Below are positions 26,901 through 39,980 of a DNA stretch of 64,000 nt, in pieces. This DNA is from Stegostoma tigrinum (lineage: Eukaryota). The stretch is from assembly GCF_030684315.1 (NCBI RefSeq), contig NC_081377.1:21080001-21144000 (forward strand), in the 5' to 3' direction. A program made the translations under genes and the position numbers. The notes beneath the pieces are model-generated. The model saw only the letters and a program-made list of their open reading frames with translations, did not search any database and was not told the DNA's origin. Positions within the stretch are counted from its first letter, which is position 1. Every line of letters starts with the position of its first letter.

Positions 26901-28270
26901 TATACTAATGAGCATAGCTTTTGAAATGGATATGAATTAGAAGCTTTGCTTCAGCCCTGCACTGCCATTCACGAAGTCTGTGGCAATTCTAGTTATTCTA
27001 CAATCTTGCCACTCCCAATGATCTTTCACCCTTTGCTAACAAGTATTACCTTTAAAAAGAATTCAAATATTCCACGACTTTTAAGAAGAGATTTGCAAAA
27101 ACACTTCACACTGAGGAAGTTTTTCCTTCATCTTTCTTAAATGGTCATTTTTTTTAAGAATTAGAGCAACCCACAGTTCTTTATATTCCCAAAAGAGGTA
27201 AGATCCTTTCTGTATCCTCCTTGTCAAGATCCCCAGGATCTTTTTGAAAAAACCTCTAACAGGTTTGGCAGTATTTTTGGAGAGAAAACAAAAGGGCAAT
27301 GTTTTGAGACTAGTGACTTTTACAGGGCCAGAACAACGACTGCTTTTTAGCCACAAATATTGCCAGACCTTCCAAGGTTCACCAGCAATTTTTGTTTCAT
27401 ATTTCCAGCATCTGCAGTTTTGTTCATTTTTCTCCTTAGGATCTTGTACATTTCAATTACATCATCTATTGCTCTAATTTGAAGCAGATAGAAGGCTACC
27501 CTTTTCACTCTTCCTTGAAAGGGCAGCCTATCCATTCTAGATTCCAGTGAAGTGGACCTTCTCTGAACAGCGTCCAATTTTAACATCCGTCCTTAAGTAA
27601 GGAGACTAAAACTGTGCACAAATTAGGAGCACGTCTAGAGTTGTCAAAACATCCTTCAACCCAAAAAAACTCATTCATGCCAATGTTTAGTAGCTAATCA
27701 AAGTTAACTTAATGGATTCGACAATTCATGATCAGCATTAAGAACTACACAAGGAATTTTCAGACCAAAAAATGTTTTCCAGTACGCTAAGTACACCCGT
27801 TTGCAAATGTAGATGGATTGTTACATCAGGGTTACTGGTTAAATCAGGGATATTGCCGTTATGATTATAGCAAGCCATATGTTATTTGATCTTGCTGCGC
27901 ATTGATTGGTAAAATGGCCAAGACCCACAGTGATGACGGTTACAAGTACTCTACTTCCTTGGTTACTTCATGATGGAGGTTGTTTATTTTATATCTATAC
28001 ATATGTAGGCAAGACTGAGAACATAAAAGCATTTCTAATAAGATTAGCGAATTTGGCCACTGTATCACCCTTGTCACACCTGTGGGTAGTCAGCAATTTC
28101 TTTTAGACAACCGTGGAGTCTGAAGGAGTTTTGACCCAATAACTTGATATTGGGGTTAACTTCGAGTTTAATGCCTCACCAAATAGTTCAACAATTTCTC
28201 TTCGACCCCAAAAACAACGAGAACGCTCCATTTGGTCCTGTTTGGTATGGTAGGTAAGTGAGATACTCAC

Positions 28271-28429
28271 AAAACCATAACCTCGAGATCGTCCGGTCAA
28301 CCTGTCCGTTATCACCGCCGCTTCTTCAATTTCTCCGAATCGCTGAAAATATCGTCTGAGTGATATTTCGTTGCTATGGTAAGGTAACCCACCCACGAAG
28401 AGCTTCCGAAATACTCTGTCCTTATTCAT
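28271..28429 (-). CDS. RBM24/RBM38-like protein, coding exon 1 (159 nt, RRM N-half)
   Basis: [53 protein letters not shown]|gtgagt; RNP2 LFVGGL; RNP1 RGYGF/V split by the family's phase-0 intron; acceptor ttgccag| 2 nt before ATG. Confidence 0.93.
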
Positions 28430-28622
28430 AGCTGGCAATGGCTTGGGGGGGGGGGGGGGGTGGTGTGGTGTGGCAACAAATACAGAAAACATACAATTCT
28501 TACAATAAGGCACTTAAAAAACGAGAAGGGTAGTGATCAGAATTTCGCAGTAACTAAACTCATTAATATCTTGATGAAAAGAATATGAAATAGACACACT
28601 TTGAGAACAAGTGGTTACTCAC

Positions 28623-28720
28623 TGGCCGCTACACGCGTATCTGCTGCGGAATTCACCTCTTTGTCTCACCGCGCACTCGTTGCCTCCGTTGCTTTTGTTT
28701 CTTTGTAATTCACGATGTAT
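28623..28720 (-). other. Probable non-coding first exon of the RBM24/38-like gene (5' end approximate)
   Basis: Donor GCCA|GTGAGT at 28623/28622; CpG-rich; no ATG. Confidence 0.65.
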
Positions 28721-28739
28721 CCTCACGGGACTCGAAGTT

Positions 28740-28835
28740 ACACCCCGCTCGACAACCCATTGGCTCATACGGCGTCTGGACCCGCCTTAGTGGCAGGGTT
28801 TATTTCTTCTTGGCTACTGAGCCGTCAATCACCTG
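28740..28835 (-). promoter_or_regulatory. Promoter of the RBM24/38-like gene
   Basis: CCAAT box (attgg ~28759-28763), GC box (cccgcc 28781-28786), CpG enrichment. Confidence 0.55.
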
Positions 28836-31602
28836 CACAGCCGTACTTACTCTAATAGCAATTAATTCATAACGGCCGAAGAACATTAAGGTTTCAACGC
28901 CTTGCAGCTCTCATACGCTAAACACATCATCAATCGGGCTCATATATCATATATTTGAAAGTCGTGGTACAAGATTTTATCACATCGTGAACATGTGGAC
29001 AGGGGGCAGGGCAACGGAAGATTGTTGACGCCGTCTGGTGGAAAGAGAACGAAAAGTAAAATAATTTAAAACCTGATCTTTTTATGTATGTTTTTGTCAG
29101 TTTTCTTCCCAGTTTCAAATTTCCTGCGTTTCATCAAAGATTGCGCTATTGGTTGTAGAGTGTAACATGATCTCCAACAAAAGGCACTACTACTACTCAA
29201 GTTAAGAAATTCAGCATGGGTTGGGGTGCAAAACTGAGCACTGCAGTTATTTAGTCATTATATTTTCTAAAAGATGTGTTAATTTACAGTATTTACCTGA
29301 AAACTAATTCCTGCTGCACTGAATCTGATATCCCCATGATCCCCACCATTGCCGGATGTGCCTCACCCTGGGGCAATCTCATCACCTCCCTGCTCATGCA
29401 TCACTGCTAATCAATGTTCCAACCACTTCCAGGATATATTAGCCCACGAGGTCTATTATGGTAGGGACTGCCAACATCAGATTTCTCATTTCCTACGTGG
29501 ACAAAATTCATGATTGCTCAAGTAGCGATGAAGACATTTCAATTGACAACCAATCTAATAAGCAGCATTGTACGATGCTGCTGTCCCAATGCCAGCAGCA
29601 CTAACTCCTTCCGAACTGCACAAACATTTAACCTTCTTTAACAACTAAGCTTCTCTCTCCCTTATTCAGCCACTAGCTTCACCCGATAAACCTCTGCAAA
29701 CAGACCAGCATGAGAGACCCCCTTCTCTGGTTCCCTCCTCAGGGGTGAAGGTGATGAACCCTCAGACAATATGCCATGAGGCCTTCGACTACATCCTCCA
29801 CCAATTTAGTGAACTTCATCACTGTGACTATTCTTTCTAGATCAGATTTGGGAGACAATCTGGAGAGCATATCACTGATACATCTCTGCAGTTAGTTGAG
29901 GGAAAAAATACCCTAGGTCTCTGACATTCAGAGGACTGCCAGAACCCAGTGATCAGTTCAGCCCAGGCAGATGAGTCCCTGGTCTCAGCCTTCAATAATT
30001 TTCAATACAGGTACAGGGACATCAGGCAGGTTTGTATTCCATAAGCTAAAATCGATAGATGGATGTATCCACCAACATTATCAGTAGTGTGTTGACTCTG
30101 CATGCTTGTGTCTGGCACTCCTTGGACAGGTTGTAGACTGCCATACAGACTCAGGTCCAGCACATTGTTAAATATCTGCAGAGATCTGCATGCTATTGCT
30201 CTACCCTAACTGCTCAGCATTGATGACAAGATGAGAGGGGGGGACAAGAAATTTTGACCAGACTCCAATAGTCCTTCTTCACAGGAAGGCAGAATGGTTC
30301 CAGAAGGCATGCACATGGAGGTGGAACAGCACACAGGAGTTACCCCACCCCCAAAGCTTCCTCTCAGGACACATCGCCCAGTCCCTCCACTACTTCCTGC
30401 CCATGCTGCTAAAGTCTGCAGAAGCGCAAGTTGAGAGGGTGACCCTGCATCTGCGCAGGGCAATCCCAGCATACCTTGGCTTGAAGGCACCCTGAGACAA
30501 CTGTCCTAGTCTTCCAAATGAACAAGGCTAACACCAGAGCAGGCTCCCTCCAACTCAGAATTCATTTAGACAAAGTGGGAATCAGAGAAGAAGAGAACAT
30601 GTTGAAGAAACAAGCAGTCTGGGTCACTCTTCATTGTAAATACCCTTTCATCTTTGTAAATAAATGTTTATGTGCACTGTTACAAAGTCAGCTGTAGTAT
30701 CATTTTCTGATTAAGTTATGAAAGTGAAAAATGTGTAGGCTATTCAGACAGCTCAAGGCTGAAATAAGTTATAATGGCTAAGCGTTGTTCATTCCCACAA
30801 GCAATTAACTCCTTGATGGCACGCAACATCAAACATCAGGATTCTTGAACTGTGATGTAGAGGTCTACAGCGAAGACATTGCATTTTAATGTGGGCAATA
30901 AAGGAGATAAAGGGAGTGTACCAGAGCCTGGCTTTCATGCGTCATTCCAAATTAACATCCACATTGTCAGTGAGAACACTGAATCAGTGATGAGTCCACA
31001 CATGTTTGCAGGGAAAGGTACATTTTATATCTCAGCTTTGTTATTCAAGGCTGGGAGATGTACAAAAATAGCTGTTCAATTATCACTCTATTTGTCATGC
31101 AGTGGTTAGTAGAGAAAAGCTCATAAAGTGCTGCAACCTTTAGAGCCAACTGAGAATGCTCAAGCACATAAGAGCATTTTCAGTCCAAGCACATTCTGAA
31201 ACATTGAAGGGTTACCAATGATGGAAGGCTTGAAACAAGTTTTCTCTCAACCTGCTAGTTATCAGGAGATGCCTTACTATACAACACTCTGATATGATAT
31301 CCTGACAGAAGTTTTAAGGACTGCCAAACCTTAATGCCAAATGATGTTAATGCACTGTCTCACTGATTGCTTTTCTCCAAATGGCCAGCAGAATATGTAA
31401 TGTGTAGATGCTTCACTATGGAATCAAGTAAGGATATCAAACATACAATCACATGGATAATGAGACATTTGATTCAGCAATGTCAAAGGTCAAAGGTAAA
31501 AGACTGCAAAAGTAGTAAGGTCCACATTTCTTTGCACTAAGCTTGCTATATCACCAACAGAATGTTAAACAAACAATGCCCAAACACAGCTGATTCATTC
31601 TG

Positions 31603-32030
31603 CAATAAGGTGTAGAGCTGGATGAACATAGCAGGCCAAACAGCATCAAAGGAGCAGGAAAGCTGACATTTTGGGTCTGGACCCTTCTTCAGAAGTGGGG
31701 GAGGGGAAGAGGATTCTGAAATAAATGGAGAGACGGGGAAGCAGATGGAAGATGAATAAAGGAGCAGATAGGTGGAGAAGAGACAGACAAGTCAAAGAGG
31801 CATGGATGGAGCCAGTAAAGGTGAGTGTAGGTGGGGATTTAGGGGTGGGGGTTGGTCAGTCAACGGAAGACAGGCAGGTCAAGGTGGTGGGGTTGAGGCT
31901 GGTAGGTGGGAGGTGGTAGTGAAGGTTAAGGTGGGAGGAGTGGATAGGTGGGAGAAAAGGATGGATAGGTTAGGAAGGTGGGGATGAGCTGGGCTGGTTT
32001 TGGGATGCAGTCAGGGGTCGGAGATTTTGC
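31603..32030 (-). mobile_element. Penelope pLTR (family A) with degenerate hammerhead at 31665-31692
   Basis: Matches 45950-46380 and 63584-63940; purine-rich on plus strand. Confidence 0.8.
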
Positions 32031-33344
32031 AGTACATGATGACCACGTCAAGCAATTGGCGAGCTGCAGCTACAGGGACAGAATTGGAAGTAGCATGTAA
32101 AAAGGCAATTTGGAGCTTTAATGAAATCCAAATACATTGAAATACAATAGTTGCCACTTTTTGGCAAGATTCTGAGGTCACCGTTTAAGGCTTGAGGGGA
32201 AAATAACTTCTCAAAATCAAGAATCATATTTTTCCATTCTTGCTGTGTCTTCCCACATTTCTTGGCATTATCATGCCACATCAGGGAGGGAAAAATTCTG
32301 CTCATGAAGTCTCAGATAAAGGGATGCTAATTTAAGACTGAGATGAGGAGGAATTTCTTCTGAGAGAGTTGTGAATCTTTGGAACTCCTTGCCACAGAGA
32401 GCTGTGAAGGTAGAATCCTTCTGTACATTTAAGTCTGAAATAGGCAAGATTATTGATGAGGAAGGAATCCAGGGTTATTGTGGAAAAGACAGTAAGCTGA
32501 AACTGGGTTATGTTGCCACCCATTTACAGCTTGAGAAATACAACAGTGGAAGAACAGAAAAAAACACAAAAATATCACATTTATAAAGAGTAGCACTGAT
32601 TCTGTTTTCTAAAGTTGTAACTGATTGTCATTAAAATAACATTTGAGATTACGACTCTAATAATACTCTAAAACTCTCCCAATAATTACAAAAAACAACA
32701 ATTTGATTGCAACAAACCTCGGATAGAAAATAATCAATACAACATAAAATCTTACGTGTGGAAAACCCACTACCAGAAAATGTTCTTTTTGATCTCTACG
32801 GTGTACATTCCTGCATGAAAAACAGCTTAAAGAAATATCATGACAAAAATCCTGATCTTTCTTTTTATAAAATGTGTTTTATTTCTCAAGGTTTCTCTTT
32901 TCCCTCAAGGTACATGTGTTTGCTGGGGTGCAATTCCATGAACGTGTGTAGCTATCCAGTACTATATCCAAATATCTAGTCTTCATATAGGATGCTAGAT
33001 ATTCCATATTGATAAGCTATTCAAACATGGAGAGATTGGCAGAGCAGCCAAACCAGATTTTATTGCTCATCCAATAATTTTCCATACATTGTCTGAGAAA
33101 GGAAGACTATCCAATTGCTATTAACTACCATCACCCTCCTCCTCACACCTCATTTCCATCAAGATCTGTAAAGTGCCATATTTATTAACCAAGCATTTTG
33201 GGCAATTCATGTGACTAGTCCTTAAAATGATTATTGGTTAAAAGGCAATTTTGTCAAAGATTTTCATTTTGCAAAAAATCAGAACAGTTCGCAAGAAGTA
33301 CCAAAGTAAAAGGAAAACATCATTTATACTGTATGATCATTGAC

Positions 33345-34737
33345 CAGAAATTCAACTGGACTCACTTTACAAATATAGTGGCTACAAGAGCAGGTCAGAG
33401 GCAAGGAATTCTTTTGTGAGTAACTCACTTCCTGACTTCCTAAAACTTATCCACAAGGTAAAAATCAGCAGACTGATAGAATACTCCCCACTTGCCTGGA
33501 TGGGTACAACTTCAACAACACTCAAGAAGCTTGATACCATCCAGGACAAAGCAACATGCTTGATTGGCACCACATTCACTTCCTCTACCATTGATGCTGA
33601 GTAGCAGTAGTGTGTATTATCTACAAGATGGAGTTTAGCCCCGAAAAGTGTGAGGTGATTAAAGCAGAATACATGGTTAATGGAAAGATTCTTGGCAGTG
33701 TGGAGGAGCAGAGGGATCTTGGGGTTCATGTTCACAGTTCCGTGAGAGCTGCCACCTGGGTAGATAGCGTTGTTAAGAAGGCGTTTGGTGTGTTAGCTTT
33801 CATTCATAGAGAGATTGAATTCAAGAGCCATGAAGTTATGCTCCAGCTATACAAAAGCCTGGTTCGGCCACATCTGAAGTATTGTGTCCAGTTCTGGTCA
33901 CCTCATTACAGGAAAGATGTGGAAGCGTTAGAAAAGGTGCAGAGGAGATTTACCAGGATGTTGCCTGGAATGGAGGGAAGGCCTTATGAAGAAAGGTTAA
34001 GAGAGCTAGGGCTTTTCTCTTTAGAATGATGAGGGATGAGAGGTGACTTGATAGAGGTGTACAAAATGATCAGAGGTATAGATAGAGTAGACAGACAGAG
34101 ACTTTTTCCTAGGGTGGATGTAGCTTTTACGAGGAGACATAGTTTTGAAGTGAAAGGAGGTAGATATTGGGGAGACATCAGAGATAGGTTCTTTACTCAG
34201 AGAGTGGTCAGGGTGTGGAATGCATTGCCGGAGAGGTAGTGGAGTTGGCCTCATTAGGGGCATTTAAGCGACTATTAGATAAAAATATGGATGATAGTAT
34301 AAGGTAGTGGTGGAGGTTAGATAGATCTTAGATTTAGGGTAAAAGTTCAGCATGACATCGTGGGCCAAAGGGTCTATACAATGCTGTACTGTTCTATGTT
34401 CTATGCAGTGCAGAAATTCAAAGATCCTGAGACAGCACCTTCCAAACCAATGACCATTTCCATCCAGAAGGATAAGGGCAGCAGACGTATGGGAATACTA
34501 CCATCTACAAATTTCCTTCCAAACCACTCACCATCCTGACTTGGAAATATATGGCCGTTTCTTTAATGTCGTTGGGTCAAAATCCTGGCATTCCCTCCCA
34601 AGGGCATTATGGGTCTACTTACAGCACATTGATTGAAGTGGTTCAAGAAGGCAGCTCCTTCTCAAGGGCAGCTAGAGATGGGCAATAAACCGTGGCCAGC
34701 CAGCAATGTCCATGGGATACAAGTGAGTAAAAAAAAT
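33345..34737 (+). mobile_element. Non-LTR retrotransposon 3' portion interrupted by a CR1 insertion
   Basis: IEYSPLAWMGTTSTTLKKLDTIQDKATCLIG RT C-terminus; resumes at 34406; tail gatgggcaataaa...aaaaaaa; related copies at ~16900-17150 (+) and 57055-58690 (-). Confidence 0.7.
33628..34405 (+). mobile_element. Relatively young 5'-truncated CR1 LINE
   Basis: MEFSPEKCEVI...EQRDLGVHVH...LYKSLVRPHLKYCVQFWSPHYRKDVEALEKVQRRFTRM...; tail gttctatgttctatg. Confidence 0.92.
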
Positions 34738-35049
34738 GTGAGGATATGAGAGAAGTGATGATTGGTTGGCAAGTAGACTCTGACTGGTAAACATGTTGGC
34801 ATGGAAAATGCACAAGTTAATGATGACAGACAGTTAACTGCCAAGCTTTGTTTAAATTTTAAACCTGGCAGGTTGATCAAGACATGCCCTAAGAAATGAA
34901 CCAAAGAATGCTGTATCCTGTTTTCATTCTTAATTCCAATAGTTCTTTTAAATTCAGAAACGACTGCTGTAATAGGGTATTCTTATGTACAGATTGAATT
35001 AGTGCACTTATTTAAAATCACATCTTAACATTGTTCTAAAATCCGTGAG

Positions 35050-35500
35050 TAGTACAGCATGGAAACAGACACTTTGGTCCATCTTGTCCATGCCGACTAG
35101 ACATCCCAATCTGACCATATCCCTCTTAAACTCTTCCTATTCATATACCAATCCAGATGCCTTTAAATGCTGAAACTGTACCTGGCTCCATGACCTCCTT
35201 TAGCAGCTTGTTCCGTACATTCACTCCCCCCACCGCCTTTTGTAATGAATAAGTTACCTTCATGTCCTTTTTAAATCTTTCCCTTCATATCTTAAACCTA
35301 TGCCCTCTAGTTTTGGACTCCCACACCCAAGGAAAAAGATCCTGCGATTCACCCTATCCATGTTCCTCAACCCCTCAGGTTCTAATGCTCCGGCGAAAAT
35401 AGCCTCAGCCTAGTCAGCCTCTCCCTACAGCTCAAACCCTCCAGTCCCTGCAACATCCTCGTACATCTTTTCAGCACCCTCCCAAATTTAACAATATCTT
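35050..35500 (-). mobile_element. CR1 LINE 3' fragment
   Basis: Reverse complement similar to 48130-48615. Confidence 0.7.
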
Positions 35501-35553
35501 ACTTTCTATTCAGTTGTCAACACCATGTACTCTGCTACCAGGCATGTTGTATA

Positions 35554-35563
35554 TTTATTTATT
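35554..35563 (-). terminator. TEKT2: Probable TEKT2 polyadenylation signal (overlapping AATAAA x2)
   Basis: tttatttatt about 105 nt downstream of the TAA stop. Confidence 0.6.
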
Positions 35564-35667
35564 TACTTGCTTTGTGACACAGCACATTTCACTACAGATT
35601 CATGATAACAGCAGATGCCGCATTAGGTTACCAAGTGTATCTTTCCTTTTTGTACGTGATCCCATAT

Positions 35668-35881
35668 TTATAATAATTCTAGTTGACGACATTTGATTTC
35701 TGATAGCTGTCGGTTGGGTGTGCGGGGGAAGCTATCTGTCTTTGATACATATTTCTCAGGTGGAGTAGTCAGCTTTGCTCTAACATCCATGCTATGTTTA
35801 TCAAGGCAGAGCGAATGAGTCTTGAAGCCAATATCTTCTTGTATTCGTGCAAGTTGTTTTTGCAGAGAAGTCAAAGCATCC
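35668..35881 (-). CDS. TEKT2: Tektin-2 last coding exon (214 nt incl. TAA)
   Basis: atttcag|; (Q)DALTSLQKQLARIQEDIGFKTHSLCLDKHSMDVRAKLTTPPEKYV...QLELL*. Confidence 0.93.
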
Positions 35882-38565
35882 CTGAAATACAGGAATCAGA
35901 ATTAAAGCAGCTATAACTCATTCTCACCATTCAAAGACTGTTTTTGTTCTACCTTCAGCAACTTCCGACATTTATCTCAGATAGCTCAGTAATTCTACAC
36001 TTCACTATCGGCTACAATATAACCTCACAATTTTAAGCTTGAAAATATAATTCCTATCTTAGTGGTCACAATGATGAGGCCGTTAGAGTAGGACAATGCA
36101 AAGTGCTGCAGCTATTTGTTTGTTACTACAGTTATGCAACTGTGGGGAGGCACCAAATGAAACCAGGTGCTTCCTCACTAGGAAATAACTGTAACCCAGT
36201 CTGTGCTCTAGCAGCCATTGGTAAAGCAACTGTATAATATTTAAAAAAAAATAGATTAAATCTTTTCTTACTGAGATGGCTCATGTGCTTTTGCGGAAAG
36301 ACCTATATCTTGATAGTCCCTTTACAGAGAAACCAATTTCACTGGAAGAGGAGCCCTTGTAAAAGTAGCTTGTCTCCAGCAAGAGACCATGTAACCAAGC
36401 AGTTAGGCTATGGATAGTAGTAGATGTACACAGGAGTGGTTAAATTCCTATGTGCGCAGTTCCGATTTTCAAACAATTTAATTCTGAACAGGTTGGTTGC
36501 AGCAAACACTTCCTTCAAGCCAAAACGGTTGAAACTATTTGTGCTGACTAACAGGGTTTTAAACTCTAGACAACTGTCTCAAAGAGTGAGTTGGACTTCA
36601 GTGACGATCAGTGAAGACATAGTGAATTACTAGAGGTCAGACTCCAGTGATTAAAAAAAACAATACAGCTAGGAGAATTTGGACCCAAAGTGGTTACATT
36701 TGAGATATTTGCAACACGTGTATTAAAGTGGGAGTCGAGGAGAAAAATTGAAGGGGTGATCTTATGAGAATTCAGCAAAAGCCCAAGAAATGTCAACCTT
36801 ATATGAATCCTGAAACAATGTTCAGATCAACTGGATAATCTTCTGATAGGTATCTGACTTGAGGTTTTTGGGGCGATGAAAAGAATCTGAATTATCTAGT
36901 TCGGTTCAGCATATTAGTAACTGTGTTTATTGTACTTTTAACATCTTTGATGTAGCTGACTATTTAAGATTGTGTTGCTATTAGCATCCATATTCTTAGC
37001 TGTATTGTGCATTAATTTTTTTGTTATTATAAACAGTGGACTGTACAATTTCATTCTTTCAGTAAATATCTGTATCTTTGGATAGAAACCAAACATGGAG
37101 CTAAAACCATAATATCTGGTCATATTTGTAAAATCCGATATAACATTGCAATTAGGTGAATGTCGACCTAAATGACCTACTGCAATAATTAAATGTTCTA
37201 CCTTCAATTGTGTCACTTTAATTTAACAAAAGTAAAAAATTTAGTTTTAATATAAAATAAAATTCATTGCAACAAGTATATGAATTAGGTGCAGGCCACT
37301 TGACCGCTCAAGCCTGCTCCATCATTCAGTAAGATTGCGGTTGGTCTGATTATTCCATACGCCTCCTGCCTAATCATGAGAATGTATCATCCTATCCACT
37401 CCTGCCTTAAAAAGATTCAATGTGCTGAAAATGATGTGTGGACTGGGAGCAAGAAAGGGAACAGTTTGCTTATGTCAAAGCAAGGAATAAGTTCGTTAAA
37501 AAAAAATGACAGCAACCTGCAATACGCCCCAGTAGAAACATACCCCGCAGCAATAAAGCAAGCAGATAGGCTAAACAAGCTCACACAGGACTTCTGACCC
37601 TTCCTGGGAAGAGGTCTTCCCCTGGGAGCTGCTGAACGATTTGATCGGCTGGCAGCTCCAACAGCCCCAAAGTTGTGTACTGAGGGCTACTAGGACTGCA
37701 GACTGGACCACTTAAGAAACCCCTTTGATCTTGGATACAGGGAGTTCTGGGGGCTTTGAGGTGAGGGTTGGGGGCTAGGTTAAAAAGAATATGATGTGAA
37801 GGGGATTGTGCTAACTTCTCGGGGGATGCCACCAGTATCAAAGGGATAGATGTTGCCACCTTCCATTCCACCATTTTAAGAACTTTCAAAAGAAATTGTG
37901 AATTTCACTCCCACCTGACTGCCCGTGCCAACTGTATTATCTTAGAATAATAGAATCACTAGAGTTTGGAGTGTGAACAGCATCCCAGCCAGACCCATCC
38001 CCCTACCCTATCCCCACAACCCGCATTCCCACGGCAAATCCATCTAGCCTGCACATCCCTGGATATTATGGGCTGTTCAGCATTGCCAGTCCACCTAACC
38101 TGCACATCTTTGGACTGTGGGAGGAAAGTGGAGCACTTGGAGAAAAACATGTGTAGACACGGGAGAATGCGCAGACTCCACATAGTCGGTCATCCAAGTT
38201 TGGAATCGAACCCAAACAGGAAAAGTAATGCTGGAATCAATTAAGACAGAGATAGATAGGTTCTTGATTAGTAAGGGGATCAAAGGTTCCAGGGAGAAGG
38301 CAGGGGAATGGGGTTGAGAAACATATTAGCCATTATCCAAAGGTGGAGCAGTTTTGTTGGGCTGAATGGCCTAATTCTGCTCATATATTTTATGATCTTA
38401 TGGTCAATTGTCCTTTTAAGTCATCAACGAGGATATAATATAATTTGACAACCAATAAACTGGTAAGTTTACCATACTAGTATTGGAAAAATGCCATAGA
38501 TATCTGAAACTTGACATCTTTGCCACGTTGACCCTAAAACTAATGGTACTACTGAAGTTGTTTTT

Positions 38566-38671
38566 CAGTTTTTCCGCCATCTTCGCCTCCATGCCTACTT
38601 CTTCAACCGGGAACCTAACCCTCCTTCCACTGACCCCTTCACCCGCTTCCAAAACAAGTCCTCCTCCTGGA
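38566..38671 (+). mobile_element. Penelope ORF N-terminal fragment
   Basis: QFFRHLRLHAYFFNREPNPPSTDPFTRFQNKSSSW resembles the FxRxLRL..FF motif upstream of PLE RT. Confidence 0.6.
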
Positions 38672-38843
38672 TTATCTCTGGTACTACTGAATATTTCCTT
38701 TTTAAGTAAAATTACATGAACCCGACCAATTCCTTTTTGGCATCAGCCTAGTCTTGATTTACCATTAAATAGTACATTGATTTGCATGTAGAAATCAAAT
38801 ATTTGGCATGTAGCAAGTTAATCTGTGAGAAGACAAAACATAC

Positions 38844-38923
38844 TGAGATTGGGCAAGTTTCTGTTTGAGTGCATCGATGGTGCCCTCCAGCTGATGAACC
38901 TCATCCACCAGTCCGTACTGTGC
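38844..38923 (-). CDS. TEKT2: Tektin-2 coding exon 8 (80 nt)
   Basis: ccttcag|...|gtatgt; AQYGLVDEVHQLEGTIDALKQKLAQS(Q). Confidence 0.93.
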
Positions 38924-39239
38924 CTGAAGGGGAGAAATAATTTGTTTCTTAAACGTTGGATGTTATGATAAAGTTATCAATTCACATATCTTTTCATTAA
39001 AATAGCTGTCTCTCAATTCTTCTTACCCATTTCTACCTTGTTTTCATCCCCTGCTTGTTACCAGATTCTGCAGCATATAAAATACCTACACTTATATGCA
39101 ACATAATACAAATAAATAAATATATCAAATATCACAATGGCTAAGTATTGTACTAAAAAATTGTGCAACTGTATTTATATGTAAATTCACACTATTTCCA
39201 TTTAGAACAAAATACATAAATTTATGTTATCTCAAGGAG

Positions 39240-39980
39240 TCAAAACACCAAAGAAAGATTGTGACTTTTCAGTTGTTAGAGACTTGGTCAGACCCCATCT
39301 GGAGAAGTGTGTTCACTTTTGTGCACCAACTACCAAGAAAGATCCACTGGCCTTATTTAGGGAAACAGGGCAGATTCAGCAGAATCGCACTGGCACACAA
39401 AGGGTTAAATTATGAGGTCAGGTTAAAAAATGTTGGCTTTTGCTGTCTGGATTGTTGAAGACTTATGAATTTTTGAATTTGGAGAGGGGGGTGACTAAGT
39501 TTGCAGTTGATGTAGTCTGAGCGAACTTCAATAAACTTTTGACAAGGTGTTGCACGGCAAACTGGTTAAAAAACTAAGAACCCAGAAGATTCAAGGCAAT
39601 TTGGTAAATTAGGTCCAAAATTGGTTTAGTGGCAGGTAGCAGACGGTGACGGTTGATGGGTGTTTCTGCGATTGGACATATGTGTCCAGAGGCATACCAC
39701 TGCATTTGGTGCTAGATCCTTTGCTGTTCGTTATGTATATTAAAGCTCTACACAAGAATGTAGACCATGATCAGAAAGTTCACAGATGACATGAAAATTG
39801 ATGGTGTGGTAAACAGTGAGGAGGAAGACTTAGACTACAGGATCATATAGACAGGTTGGTCAAATGGGCTGAACAGTGGAAAATGGAATTTAATCCTGAA
39901 AAGTGTGAGGTGATGAATTTTGGGATGACTAGTAAGACAAGGGAGCACTCAGTAAAACCCTAAGAAGCAGAGGGACCTCA
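39240..39980 (+). mobile_element. Decayed CR1 LINE RT fragments
   Basis: LVRPHLEKCVHF, KTFDKVLHGKLVKK, FTDDMKI and WAEQWKMEFNPEKCEVM-like motifs. Confidence 0.75.

Noticed and set aside
14595-28429. Assigning the symbol RBM38 or RBM24
   Set aside because: About equally divergent from both and at an unexpected locus; needs a phylogeny
28103-28513. 136-aa ORF as a single-exon RRM gene
   Set aside because: Homology stops at RGYGF followed by a GTGAGT donor; the flanks are intron read-through
31700-32030. G-rich tract as a regulatory G-quadruplex or Gly/Arg-rich ORF
   Set aside because: Purine-rich body of the Penelope pLTR, repeated at 46.1 and 63.7 kb
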